NCBI GenBank assembly: GCA_963755125.1
Contig: CAVWIP010000010.1
Coordinates: 32,001-96,000, forward strand
Direction of reading: 5' to 3'
DNA: 64,000 nt
Source of the DNA: an uncultured delta proteobacterium
GTDB lineage: Bacteria > Myxococcota_A > Polyangia > Fen-1088
The notes below the pieces were generated by a model. That model searched no databases. It had not been told where the DNA came from and saw only the letters and a program-made list of their open reading frames with translations. This document shows, piece by piece, positions 45,022 to 54,724 of this stretch (position 1 is the first letter of the stretch; every line of letters starts with the position of its first letter). Both the position numbers and the translations under genes were made by a program.

Positions 45022-45170
45022 GCGAGGAATGCCGCGTGTTCTCCGCGAAATTCCGCCGTTTCGCTGTTGCCGCCTCCGAGGCCAGCAGCCAATCCGCCCG
45101 CTCACATGAGGCGTTCTGGGAAGGAGTGTGAAAACTGGCGCTCACCCGCGCGCCGGGTGAAGGTGGGCCC

Positions 45171-46400
45171 ATGGGCGCGTTCATCAACGCGTTTCGCAGC
45201 AAGCGGGTGGGCATGCTCATCGCGTTGGGCTTTGCCTCTGGGCTGCCGCTGGCACTCACGCGCACGACCCTGAGCGCGTGGATGACCAATGCCGGCGTCA
45301 ATCTGAAAACCATCGGGCTCTTCTCGCTGGTGACCCTGCCCTACTCGTTCAAGTTCGTGTGGGCGCCGCTGCTCGACCGCTTCAGCTTTCCGCTGTTCGG
45401 CCGGCGCCGGGGCTGGATGGCGCTGACCCAGGTGGGCCTGCTGCTGGCTGTCTGGATCATGGCGGACATCAATCCGAAAGACGCGCCGCTGGCCATCGCG
45501 GCCCTTGCCATGACGGTCGCGTTTCTCTCCGCCAGCCAGGATGTGGTGGCCGACGCCTACCGCACCGACGTCTTGCCCCCGGCCGAGCGCGCATCCGGGA
45601 CGTCGACCTGGATTCTCGGCTACCGCATCGCCATGTTGGTCTCGGGCGCCGGGGCCCTGGTACTTTCCGACCACATGCCGTGGTCGCGCGTGTACGGCGT
45701 GATGGCGCTTCTGATGCTCATGGGCATCATCGCCACCTGGCGCGCACCCGAGCCCGAGGTCGTGCGGCCTCCGCGCACGATTGCCGACGCCGTGGTCAAG
45801 CCGTTCGTGGACTTCTTCTCGCGCAAGGGCGCGGCCGCGGCGCTCGCATTCGTCATGCTCTACCGGATCGGCGACACCATCGCCGGCGGCATGGTGCTGC
45901 CGTTTCTCATCAAGCTAGGCTTTTCCAACAGCCAGATCGGCTATTGGAGCAAGGGCGTGGGCTTCGCCGCGACCATCGGCGGCGTCATGCTGGGCGGCGG
46001 TCTGGTGGCCAAGTACGGCGTGCGCCGCTGCCTGCTGACCTTCGGCGTGATGATGATGATCGCCAACACTGGCTACCTGGCGCTGGCCATGCACGGCAAG
46101 AGCGTCGCGCTGCTGGCGACCGCCATTGGCATCGACAATGTCTGCGGCGGCATGGTGGACGCGGCCTTCGCCGCCTTCATCATGTCTTTGTGTAACAAGT
46201 CCTTCTCGGCCACGCAGTTCGCGCTGCTGTCCAGCGCCTCGACCATCATCGGTCGCATCATCAGCGCCGGATCGGGCTGGCTGGCGGCCACGGTGGGCTG
46301 GCCGATCTTCTTCGGCGTCACCATCGCGGCGGCAGTGCCAGCCCTGGTCTTGCTCGTGCTGGCCTTCCCGCACAACGCGGGCGCGGTGGATAGCACCTAG
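45171..46400 (+). CDS. ampG: AmpG family muropeptide MFS transporter
   Basis: LGFASGLP, PYSFKFVWAPLLD, GRRRGW, SASQDVVADAYR, GYRIAM, ATQFALLSS. Confidence 0.93.
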   Translation: MGAFINAFRSKRVGMLIALGFASGLPLALTRTTLSAWMTNAGVNLKTIGLFSLVTLPYSFKFVWAPLLDRFSFPLFGRRRGWMALTQVGLLLAVWIMADINPKDAPLAIAALAMTVAFLSASQDVVADAYRTDVLPPAERASGTSTWILGYRIAMLVSGAGALVLSDHMPWSRVYGVMALLMLMGIIATWRAPEPEVVRPPRTIADAVVKPFVDFFSRKGAAAALAFVMLYRIGDTIAGGMVLPFLIKLGFSNSQIGYWSKGVGFAATIGGVMLGGGLVAKYGVRRCLLTFGVMMMIANTGYLALAMHGKSVALLATAIGIDNVCGGMVDAAFAAFIMSLCNKSFSATQFALLSSASTIIGRIISAGSGWLAATVGWPIFFGVTIAAAVPALVLLVLAFPHNAGAVDST

Positions 46401-48001
46401 ATACTGGCCCGCAGGCCCACGCCGAAATCGAAAAGCCCGGGGCCACGGCCCGGGTAGGGATAGCCACCGAGGTTCATGGCGTCGGAGCCAAAACGAAACT
46501 CGCCGTGGTTGTTGCCCCAGTGCACGGCGGTGAACGCCTCGAAACGCAGGTGGGTGAGCAAGATGAACGAGTAGTCGAAACGGGTGATGCCGGAATGGTC
46601 GGAAAGATTGGCGAGGTTCGTCAGGGTAAAAGTTGTGTTGTCCCAGGAGTACGGCGCGGGCGCGGTGGCAAACACCGCTGCGTACTGCCGGCCCAGGTAG
46701 AAGAAAGTCGCGGGTTCGCGCAGTGGCTGCGAGTGAGGCAGGATGAGACCGGGGTAGACAGCCGTGTCGCTATATCCAAGGCCGTTGTAGAAATACTCGG
46801 CGCCAATGGTGAACACGTCATTGGCGGCGTACTTGAACGAGTAGGAGACGCCGCCGGTGGCCTGAGGCTTTACGCCGGATCCAGGCGTGACCGGGTAGAG
46901 CGTGTCGACCGCGGGTCCGAGAACGTCTTGCGCGAGAGTCGTTTGATCGACGCTGGTGGTGGGCGGCGTTCCCAAGGCGAGGGTCGACGGATCGACGTTG
47001 CGGTTGAATCCCACCCGATCGATGTCCTGCGCGAAGCGCAGCGCCACCTCGCCGTAGAAATCGAGATCCCAGATCCCGGCCGAAACATCGGCCGCCAGCT
47101 TGGGCTTGTGCCCCCGTTGCGCGAGAGCACCCAAGCCCAACTCGGCCGCGCCCCACACCACCTCGGCCCGGGCTGCCCCAGCCATGGCGCTGGCCGTGGG
47201 CGTGGCGTCCACTCCCTCGGTCAAGCCGTAGGCGTAGAAGTTCCAGCCCTGCGCCTCCCAGGGCACGTGCAGCTTGATCATGGTGGTTCCCGTGCGCGTG
47301 TCGAACACGTCGAGCGGGTTGCGATACTGGAGGTGCAAGAAGTCGGTCGGCATCCAGAAGCGGGCCGTGCCCCAGCGCACATGCTGGCGGCCTGCCGTAA
47401 CGAAAACCGTGTGTTTGATGTCGAAACGCAGCCACATCTGATCGAGCAACACCGTGGGCGTGCGCGTCTGCTGCGAGCTGAAGAGCGAGCTCAAGTTGGC
47501 CGTGCCGCCGACGGAGAAACCACCCTGAGAGCTGCCACTGATATTTGAAAGGCTGGTGTTCGCAGTGGTAGGCAAGGTCGGGTCGAAGATCGTTCGCGCC
47601 AGCACGAAGCCGCGCACCCGGTCGTTGGGCCGCACGTCCATGTACGCGTCGAGCAGAGAGGGCGACGATAAGGTCCAGTTGCCCGCGCTCTGACCCTGCA
47701 GAGCCGAACTTTGCGCGCGCAGATAGATCTGGCCGCCGATCTTCAACGGATCCTCCGGCGCCACCTCGGCCGAAAAACGGGTCGCCGCCTCCGGTGTCCC
47801 CAGATTCAGCTGATCCCGCGAATCGCCCTCTGGTTTCGTGGCCGTGGCCGTGGTCGTGGCCGTAGCCGGGACCGGAGCCGGTTCCGAAACCGGAGCCGGC
47901 GCCGCAAACATGTCGGCCTCGCTGGGCCTGTCCTGCGCTTGTGCAGAACCAACCGTCCCGACCATCGCCACCAGCACTGCCCCGATATGCCGCCCGCTCA
48001 T
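46397..48001 (-). CDS. Putative outer-membrane beta-barrel protein of the ABC export operon
   Basis: Signal peptide, AGRQHVRWG, alternating beta-strand pattern, terminal FDFGVGLRASI; ATGA overlap with the upstream gene. Confidence 0.7.
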   Translation of the reverse strand: MSGRHIGAVLVAMVGTVGSAQAQDRPSEADMFAAPAPVSEPAPVPATATTTATATKPEGDSRDQLNLGTPEAATRFSAEVAPEDPLKIGGQIYLRAQSSALQGQSAGNWTLSSPSLLDAYMDVRPNDRVRGFVLARTIFDPTLPTTANTSLSNISGSSQGGFSVGGTANLSSLFSSQQTRTPTVLLDQMWLRFDIKHTVFVTAGRQHVRWGTARFWMPTDFLHLQYRNPLDVFDTRTGTTMIKLHVPWEAQGWNFYAYGLTEGVDATPTASAMAGAARAEVVWGAAELGLGALAQRGHKPKLAADVSAGIWDLDFYGEVALRFAQDIDRVGFNRNVDPSTLALGTPPTTSVDQTTLAQDVLGPAVDTLYPVTPGSGVKPQATGGVSYSFKYAANDVFTIGAEYFYNGLGYSDTAVYPGLILPHSQPLREPATFFYLGRQYAAVFATAPAPYSWDNTTFTLTNLANLSDHSGITRFDYSFILLTHLRFEAFTAVHWGNNHGEFRFGSDAMNLGGYPYPGRGPGLFDFGVGLRASI

Positions 48002-48786
48002 CGCGACTTGCTCTCCAGCCAGGCCTTGGTGAACAGATTCGGCTCCAAAGGCCGCATGTCCACTGACTTAACCAGGATCAAGGTCGAGTTGGCCTTCTCC
48101 ACCTCGTCGTAGAAGCGCATCTCCTCTGGGTACCACACGTCGGTCTTCTTCGATTCGCTGTAGGCTTTCTTCCAGCGCGGATAGTACGACGTGCGCAGCA
48201 GCCGCCCGGACAAGGCGAATTCCTGGCGCTTGAGCACGTTCCTGGTCTGCTTGTCGACCCACAGCTTGATGACCGGAAACGCCAAATCGATGTTGGGTTT
48301 GCCGGTCAGCTTCATCACCTGCGCGTTGTAGGTACCCAACTTCTCTTCACCCAAGTCCTCAGGCTCGTACTCCTCGGCCAGGCGCGATTCATCGAAATCC
48401 GAACGGCGCGAATTGGTTCCGCCGATGCGCTCGCGCTCGGTGCGGCGTTCCCACTTGCCCACCGACGGATCGTAGAACCACAGGTTCTTGTCGATGCGCA
48501 GATAGCCCTGGCCCTGGGAAGACTTGGGCTTGGTGAACAGAATGATGAACTTCTGGTCCTGGCTGCGGCGGAAAACCAGGGCCTCGTAGGCCACGTCGAC
48601 CTTGTCCTTTTCCTTCTGCTCAATGTACACGAGGTCGCGCCAGTCGCCCTGATTGCGCTGCCGCTCGTCCACGGCCTTGAGAAGATCGACCAGTTCTGCC
48701 TTGCTCAAAGCCGCGGCCACGCGCGGGGCAAGCAACATCAAAACCAGCCCAAAGGCGGCTAAGAAGCGAAGAGTGCGCATTGTCAT
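47998..48786 (-). CDS. Outer membrane lipoprotein-sorting (LolA-like) protein
   Basis: Signal peptide, FTKPKS..GQGYL...NLWFYDP, FALSGRLLRT, FTKAWLE. Confidence 0.82.
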   Translation of the reverse strand: MTMRTLRFLAAFGLVLMLLAPRVAAALSKAELVDLLKAVDERQRNQGDWRDLVYIEQKEKDKVDVAYEALVFRRSQDQKFIILFTKPKSSQGQGYLRIDKNLWFYDPSVGKWERRTERERIGGTNSRRSDFDESRLAEEYEPEDLGEEKLGTYNAQVMKLTGKPNIDLAFPVIKLWVDKQTRNVLKRQEFALSGRLLRTSYYPRWKKAYSESKKTDVWYPEEMRFYDEVEKANSTLILVKSVDMRPLEPNLFTKAWLESKSR

Positions 48787-48796
48787 TGCTCCAGTG

Positions 48797-50110
48797 CTAT
48801 CCAAAGTGGGACATGGCCGACACCGGCTTCAGTCGCGCAGCCCGGTAGGACGGATACACCGCGGCCAAGCTTGTTACGAGAGTGATGAAAAGCGCGGCGC
48901 GCACCAGCCCGCCAGCGTGCAGGGCAAGCTGAACCCGGTCTGACATGAGAAAGAGCTGCACCGAGAGTGGCACGTGGATGCGGGCCGCATTGATCGCGCC
49001 GCCAAAACCTGCGCCGGCGAGCGCGCCGGTGCCTGTGCCGATCAGCCCGAGCAAGAGCGACTCGTACAAGAACATGCGCAACACCCCACCCCGCTGCATG
49101 CCGATGGCGCGCAAAGTGCCGATCTCGCGCGTGCGCTCGCGAATGGCGATCCACATGGTGTTCATGATGCCGGTGACCACGATGGCGATGAGGATGGTGA
49201 GCAACACCGCGGTCAGACCTCTGAGAACAGTCAGGGTCCAGGTCATGAACGAGACCTCGTCTTCCCAGGTGGTCACGTCCAGTTTCTGCCCAGTCCAGTC
49301 CTCGCGTGCCACGCTCTGAAACTTCATCCAGAACGGGTTGGGATCTGCGTCCATCACGGCCCAGCCCAGCTTCTCGAGCTGTCCGCGCAGGCGCGCTGCG
49401 ATGGCGGCCACGTCGGGAATGAACTGCGGCTTGAGGTAGATCTGGATGGCGCCGGTGGTGTCGGATCGAAGCTGATACAAGGAGCGCGTGGTTTCCACTG
49501 GAACGAAGACCCCGAACTTGCTCAGCAGTCCCATGTCCTTGGCGATGGCGACGATACGGCAGTCGACGGTGTTGGCTGCCCCGCGCGTGGTCTGCGCCGA
49601 CAGGGTGACCGCGTCGCCCACTTTGACCTTGAGCCTTTCCACCTGCGACTCGAACACCATCATGGTGTTGGGCTCGGCCAAATCCTCCAACCGCCCACTG
49701 CTCAGCTCGATGACCTTGCGGAAGCCAGGCTCGTTCTTGATGTCGATGCCGGTGATGCCGGCCTGGGTCGAGCCCAGGTCCGACACGATCTTGGCCCAGC
49801 CGCGACCGCGATGAACCAGGCTGTCCATCTCGGGCACGCTCTTTCTCACGGCGTCGATGACCTTCTCATACTCGGTGACAATTGGGCCGCCGGCGCTGCC
49901 GGTCACCTTGAAGAAGCCGCCCACGTTGACGTGCCCCGTGGAGAGGGTGGTGGCAGCCCGGATCATGGTTTCGCTCACCCCGGTCGACAGGGCGTTGAGC
50001 AGGATGAGCAAGGCGGTCACGCCGGCGACGGCCGTGGCCAGGAAGAAGGTGCGGCGGCTGTGCTGGAACAGGCTGCGAAAGGCGATACGAAGATCGAGAA
50101 GAAATCCCAT
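48797..50110 (-). CDS. FtsX/LolE-like ABC transporter permease
   Basis: IAFRSLFQH.RRT, GIMNTMWIAIRERTREIGTLRAIG, YPSYRAARLKPV.AM. Confidence 0.9.
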   Translation of the reverse strand: MGFLLDLRIAFRSLFQHSRRTFFLATAVAGVTALLILLNALSTGVSETMIRAATTLSTGHVNVGGFFKVTGSAGGPIVTEYEKVIDAVRKSVPEMDSLVHRGRGWAKIVSDLGSTQAGITGIDIKNEPGFRKVIELSSGRLEDLAEPNTMMVFESQVERLKVKVGDAVTLSAQTTRGAANTVDCRIVAIAKDMGLLSKFGVFVPVETTRSLYQLRSDTTGAIQIYLKPQFIPDVAAIAARLRGQLEKLGWAVMDADPNPFWMKFQSVAREDWTGQKLDVTTWEDEVSFMTWTLTVLRGLTAVLLTILIAIVVTGIMNTMWIAIRERTREIGTLRAIGMQRGGVLRMFLYESLLLGLIGTGTGALAGAGFGGAINAARIHVPLSVQLFLMSDRVQLALHAGGLVRAALFITLVTSLAAVYPSYRAARLKPVSAMSHFG

Positions 50111-50112
50111 GA

Positions 50113-52236
50113 CTAGTCGTCCGATTGCATGGCCTGGCGCGGGCTCACCCGCATGGCCAAAAGGCCGGGGTAGATGCTGGAAATCGCGCTCACCGCAAGC
50201 ACAATGCCAAGCGAGATGATGACGTTGGCCGGGCTCAGGCTGGGATGCAGGCGCGGGCCAGAGAACAGAAAGTAGAGAATGTCGTTGGCCGCCGGGATGC
50301 CCACCGCGCTGATCACGCCCACGATGCCGGCCCCCAGCAGCGCGCCCAGGCTGCCGAACAGAACACCCACTGCCAGCGCCTCGACCAGCAGCATGCCGAG
50401 CAGGAAGCGGCGCTGCGCACCCACCGCACGCAAGGTCCCGATCTCGGGCATGCGTTCCAGGGTGGCCATGACCAGGGCGTTGTTTATGATGACCAGTGCC
50501 ACGGCGAAAATGATGAGCACCGATATGTAGAGCACGGCGCGGATCATGGTCACGAACTGACCCACCAGACCGGAGGCCTTCTGCCAGGTGATGGCGTGCA
50601 AAGGAATCCCGGCCTTGGCGCCAGCCGCCTCGATTTCCTCTATGGTCTGCGAGATTCTCCGCGGATCCTTGACGATGACGGCCGCGTTGAGCACGTCGCC
50701 CTGCTCGAGTTGTGCCGGATCGTAGGGTTGGCTGGCGCGGTCCTCGCGCTGCTGCCGGCCCGCCAGGCTGCGCAAGGCCGCATCTGCCTCGTCGACGGGA
50801 CGCTGGGCGTTGCCCGCGACTGCCGACTCGCCCAGATCCGGCTTGCCGAAAAGCTCGGCCTCGGCCTGTTCGCGCGAAATCTCCTTCATGCCCGCCTCGG
50901 CTTTGATCTCCTGAACCTCCCGCTCGCGTTCCGGGGTGAGCGAGCCGTACAGTTCGCGGAAGGAAACCATGTCCATCAGGTTGAGCTCCCCGGCAATGTG
51001 CGAATCCTCCAAGCCCTGGAAGACGAAGGTGCCGTACACGCGCAGCTTCACCGACTGAACGTAGCCGCTCTTGGTGAAGGACTTGATGGTCAGCATGTCG
51101 CCCACGCGCACGCGGTAGAGTTCCAGCATGGGCGCTAGCCGGTCGTAGAAGAAGCGGTATCGCCGTGCAAAGTTGGCGTCGTCGACCCTAAAGAATTCCG
51201 CCAGCAGCTTGGCGACGTCGCTTTCCTGTTTGCCCAGCTCACCCTGCAGCAGACGGCGAAAGCTGGCCGTCTTCTGCCCGTCGAGCTGCAACATGATCTC
51301 CTTCACCTCGGTGGTGTTCTGCTTGATCCAGCGCTGCAGCTCCTCGCTGCCGGCGATGGTCTGGCTGCGCTTGGTGATGCCGTCGTTGATCCGATCCAAG
51401 CGCAGCGCGGTCTTCAGCTTCACCTGCTGCTCGTAGACCCACTTTGCAAACAAGAAGCCGCGCCGGCCGCGCGGAATGGCCGTGCCGTCGACGATCTTCA
51501 TGCGGTCGAACGACTTGGCAAAGGCGTCCACGTCGGTGCCTAGGTAGCGCAGGAACAGCATGTCCGCGTCGCTGGCGAGCGGCGCGATGCGATTTTCCAG
51601 AAACTCGAGCGCCAGATAGGGATCGCGATCGAAGCCTGCCCAGAATTCCGCCGAGGCCACCTTGGCCACTGCGGCCAAGTCGTCCTGGGAGATGGCCTTC
51701 TCGTTCTGGATCTTGCGCACGTTGTCCATGTCCGCGGACAGGACCGTGATGATCTGGCGCACGTGATCCTTTTCCGACTCGTAGGCGACCTGCACATTCT
51801 CGCCCGCCAGCTTGCGCCGGGCCAGATCGCGCAGCCGTTCCAGCACCACGTCCACTGTGTTGCCTGCGGTCACCATGGCCGACGAAAGGCCCATGGGGAC
51901 CACGGCCTTGACGTTGGGCACGCCCAGCAGCGTGCGGCGCAAGGCCGCGAAGTCGTCGATGGGCGCCAGGTCGGGCGCCTCCATGTTCATGTTGCCCATG
52001 ACGGTCAGCTCGTCCTTGGACTTGGCCGAGTAGACCTGGATGTGACCCGCCACCGAGCCGATCACGCTGCGGCTCATGGAGGCGTCCACGCTGTCCACCA
52101 GCGCTGTCCCCACCACCACCAGGAGCGAGCCGAACAGGATGATGCCGCCGACGATCAGGGTCTTGAGCCGACTGGCAAAGAGATTGCGCAAGGCGATCTG
52201 AACGATCACCTTGAGTGTGTCGAGATACCCGCGCAT
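50113..52236 (-). CDS. FtsX/LolE-like ABC transporter permease with enlarged periplasmic domain
   Basis: Start trimmed to ATG 52236; IALRNL, GHIQV, NNALVMATLERMPEIGTLRAVG, YPGLLAMRVSP. Confidence 0.9.
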   Translation of the reverse strand: MRGYLDTLKVIVQIALRNLFASRLKTLIVGGIILFGSLLVVVGTALVDSVDASMSRSVIGSVAGHIQVYSAKSKDELTVMGNMNMEAPDLAPIDDFAALRRTLLGVPNVKAVVPMGLSSAMVTAGNTVDVVLERLRDLARRKLAGENVQVAYESEKDHVRQIITVLSADMDNVRKIQNEKAISQDDLAAVAKVASAEFWAGFDRDPYLALEFLENRIAPLASDADMLFLRYLGTDVDAFAKSFDRMKIVDGTAIPRGRRGFLFAKWVYEQQVKLKTALRLDRINDGITKRSQTIAGSEELQRWIKQNTTEVKEIMLQLDGQKTASFRRLLQGELGKQESDVAKLLAEFFRVDDANFARRYRFFYDRLAPMLELYRVRVGDMLTIKSFTKSGYVQSVKLRVYGTFVFQGLEDSHIAGELNLMDMVSFRELYGSLTPEREREVQEIKAEAGMKEISREQAEAELFGKPDLGESAVAGNAQRPVDEADAALRSLAGRQQREDRASQPYDPAQLEQGDVLNAAVIVKDPRRISQTIEEIEAAGAKAGIPLHAITWQKASGLVGQFVTMIRAVLYISVLIIFAVALVIINNALVMATLERMPEIGTLRAVGAQRRFLLGMLLVEALAVGVLFGSLGALLGAGIVGVISAVGIPAANDILYFLFSGPRLHPSLSPANVIISLGIVLAVSAISSIYPGLLAMRVSPRQAMQSDD

Positions 52237-52970
52237 CAAGCCGGCCTTCCCGCGGGCAGCCCGCCCGCGCGCACCGCCTCCTCGGCCGACACGCGATCCT
52301 GGATTTGCCCATCGGCCAGCCGCACCACCGCGCTGGCATAGGCCCACACGCGCGCGTCGTGGGTGGAGAAGATGAAGGTCGTCTTCTCGCTGTGATTCAG
52401 CTCCTTCATCAGATCCAGGATGTTGGTACCGGTGACCGAATCCAGGTTGGCGGTCGGCTCGTCGGCCAGCACCAGCTTGGGCCGCGTGACCAGCGCGCGC
52501 GCGATGGCCACGCGCTGGCGCTGCCCGCCGGAAAGCTCGCTGGGCCGGTGCTTGCTGTACTCGCTGATGCCCACACGGTCGAGCAACGCGAGCACGCGCT
52601 CTCGCCGTTCGCGCGCGGTCAGCACCCGCTGCAAGAGCAGTGGCAGTTCCACGTTCTGCAGCACACTGAGCACCGACACCAGATTGAAGCTCTGGAAGAT
52701 GAAGCCGATGGTGTGCAGGCGCAGCCGGGTCAACTCCCGCTCGGACAGCAACCCGGTCTGCTTGTCGTCGACGATGACCGTGCCGGAGCTGGGCGTGTCC
52801 ACGCAGCCCACCAGATTGAGCAGGGTGGTCTTGCCGCTGCCCGATGGTCCCGCGATGGCAAGGAATTCCCCCTCGGCCACGTCCAGGCTGACCCCGCGCA
52901 GCGCCGGGACCACGACCTGGCCTAGGTTGTAGTTCTTGCTCACGTTGCGGACAGAGACGATGTGGTTCAT
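52236..52970 (-). CDS. ABC transporter ATP-binding protein (LolD/MacB-like)
   Basis: GPSGSGKT, IGFIFQSFNL, LSGGQRQRVAIARAL, ADEPTANLD, STHD. Confidence 0.95.
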   Translation of the reverse strand: MNHIVSVRNVSKNYNLGQVVVPALRGVSLDVAEGEFLAIAGPSGSGKTTLLNLVGCVDTPSSGTVIVDDKQTGLLSERELTRLRLHTIGFIFQSFNLVSVLSVLQNVELPLLLQRVLTARERRERVLALLDRVGISEYSKHRPSELSGGQRQRVAIARALVTRPKLVLADEPTANLDSVTGTNILDLMKELNHSEKTTFIFSTHDARVWAYASAVVRLADGQIQDRVSAEEAVRAGGLPAGRPA

Positions 52971-53103
52971 GGGTTTGGCTCGTTGTTCGTCGGGCATCCC
53001 AGGCTAGCAGCCGATGCAGCGCCTGCGAGGTGTGATTAACAGTTGAACGGAGTTTGGCGTCAAGCCATCCTTCTCCTCGACCATCAAACCCGGAGCCGTT
53101 TGC

Positions 53104-53772
53104 ATGCCTGTTCTCGAGATTGCGCCGTCGATCCTGTCTGCTGATCTCACGCGCCTGGCCGAACAGGTGAAGCAAGCGGAAGCCGCCGGGGCCGAGCGCA
53201 TCCACGTCGACGTGATGGACGGACGCTTCGTTCCCAACCTGACCTTTGGGCCGATCATGGTGGAGGCCGTGCGGCGGTCGACCAAGGCCGTGGTCGAGGC
53301 TCACCTGATGATCGTAGAGCCCGAAAAGTACATCCCCGACTTTGCCAGGGCGGGCGCCGACATCATCCAGGTACACCAGGAAACCTGCCCGCACCTGCAC
53401 CGGACAATTCAACAGATCCACGAGCTAGGCAAGAAGGCCTGCGTGGTGCTCAACCCCTCCACGCCGCTTGTGACAATTGAGGAAGTTCTTTGTGACGTGG
53501 ACGAGGTGTTGATCATGACAGTGAATCCGGGTTTCGGCGGCCAGAAGTTCATCGAAACCACGCTGCCCAAGATCGCGCGCCTGCGACAGATGCTCGACCA
53601 GCGCGGTTTGCACTGCGACCTCGAGGCAGACGGAGGTATCGGCCCGGCCACGGCGCGGGCCGTGGTCAAGGCAGGCGCTCACGTCCTGGTCGCCGGGGCC
53701 GCTGTTTTCGGGGCCAAGCAGGGCGTGGCCGCAGCGATCCAGGCGATCCGCGCAGCAGCTCAAATCGGCTAA
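53104..53772 (+). CDS. rpe: Ribulose-phosphate 3-epimerase
   Basis: [41 protein letters not shown]. Confidence 0.96.
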   Translation: MPVLEIAPSILSADLTRLAEQVKQAEAAGAERIHVDVMDGRFVPNLTFGPIMVEAVRRSTKAVVEAHLMIVEPEKYIPDFARAGADIIQVHQETCPHLHRTIQQIHELGKKACVVLNPSTPLVTIEEVLCDVDEVLIMTVNPGFGGQKFIETTLPKIARLRQMLDQRGLHCDLEADGGIGPATARAVVKAGAHVLVAGAAVFGAKQGVAAAIQAIRAAAQIG

Positions 53773-53818
53773 CGCGACAGGCGCCGCTGGCGGGCGATCT
53801 GACTTCTGCGCGAAACGA

Positions 53819-54559
53819 TCAGCCGCCGCCATCCGTGGCAGTGCCAATACCGCGACCCGTGGCGCCTCCGCGGCCAGTGGCAGTCCCACGGCCGCCAACC
53901 GACCCGATGCCACTGAACGTCCCGATGCCACTGAACGTCCCGATGCCGGTCCCCGTCCCACGCCCACCAATCGTCCCGACGCCGGTGGCCGTCCCGATGC
54001 CAGTGAACGTCCCACGCCCACCAATCGTCCCGATGCTGGTCGCCGTCCCGATACCGCTGAACGTCCCGATGCCGGTCCCCGTCCCACGCCCACCAATCGT
54101 CCTGGTGCTGGTCGCCGTATTGATGCCGGTGGACGTGCCACGGCCGGTTAGCGTTCCGGCGGTGAACGTCCCCGTGCTGGTGTCCGTCCCAGCGGCGTCT
54201 GCCACGACGCCAGCGTCAGTCAGCCCAGTGGGGAACGGGAGCGGCACGACGATCCCGCCAGTCGCTGTGACACCGCCTGCGCCTGCGGGTGGCGCGGTTT
54301 CGCTGCCGGCCTGCCCAGACTGGCCAGCGCTTCCGGTGTCGGTTTGCCCGAACCCTGCTCCACCCGCGCCGGTGACGGACCCTCCCTCACCTCCAGTGTC
54401 AGCGACGCCGCTCGTCGCGCCACCTGTGCTCGCCTCGCCCGAAGCAGGGTTTTCTGGCGGCGCGGGGCCATCCAGTTCCGTGCGTGCGCAGGCGTGCAGC
54501 AATGCCATCCCGGCGACGAGGGGCCAGGCCAGCAAGAGCAAGCGGCGATTGGTCTTCAT
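53819..54559 (-). CDS. Lipoprotein with low-complexity Gly/Thr repeat C-terminus
   Basis: GGAGGA RBS, lipobox LHAC, repeats GT(G/F/A)(T/S)GI and IGGRGT; DNA-level 18-bp and 126-bp repeats. Confidence 0.75.
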   Translation of the reverse strand: MKTNRRLLLLAWPLVAGMALLHACARTELDGPAPPENPASGEASTGGATSGVADTGGEGGSVTGAGGAGFGQTDTGSAGQSGQAGSETAPPAGAGGVTATGGIVVPLPFPTGLTDAGVVADAAGTDTSTGTFTAGTLTGRGTSTGINTATSTRTIGGRGTGTGIGTFSGIGTATSIGTIGGRGTFTGIGTATGVGTIGGRGTGTGIGTFSGIGTFSGIGSVGGRGTATGRGGATGRGIGTATDGGG

Positions 54560-54724
54560 GGTGTCCTCCGTGCTGCTCACACTCGAAAATCGGCAAATGG
54601 AGCGAAGAAAATCCTACCCCTGCATTCAGCAAACGCCCGAATTTCGTACATGTTCACCATTGGCCAACGCAGCGTCGAACCAGGCCCCTGTACGATTCCC
54701 CTCATGGTCGAGCGCCGCCTTCCG

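Noticed and set aside
41115..53421. Track ORFs with long N-terminal extensions (41115..43328, 50113..53421; also 40045..41430, 17256..18434, 35260..36144) read as fusions
   Set aside because: The extensions run through repeats or other genes; downstream starts with RBS or signal peptides explain the proteins.
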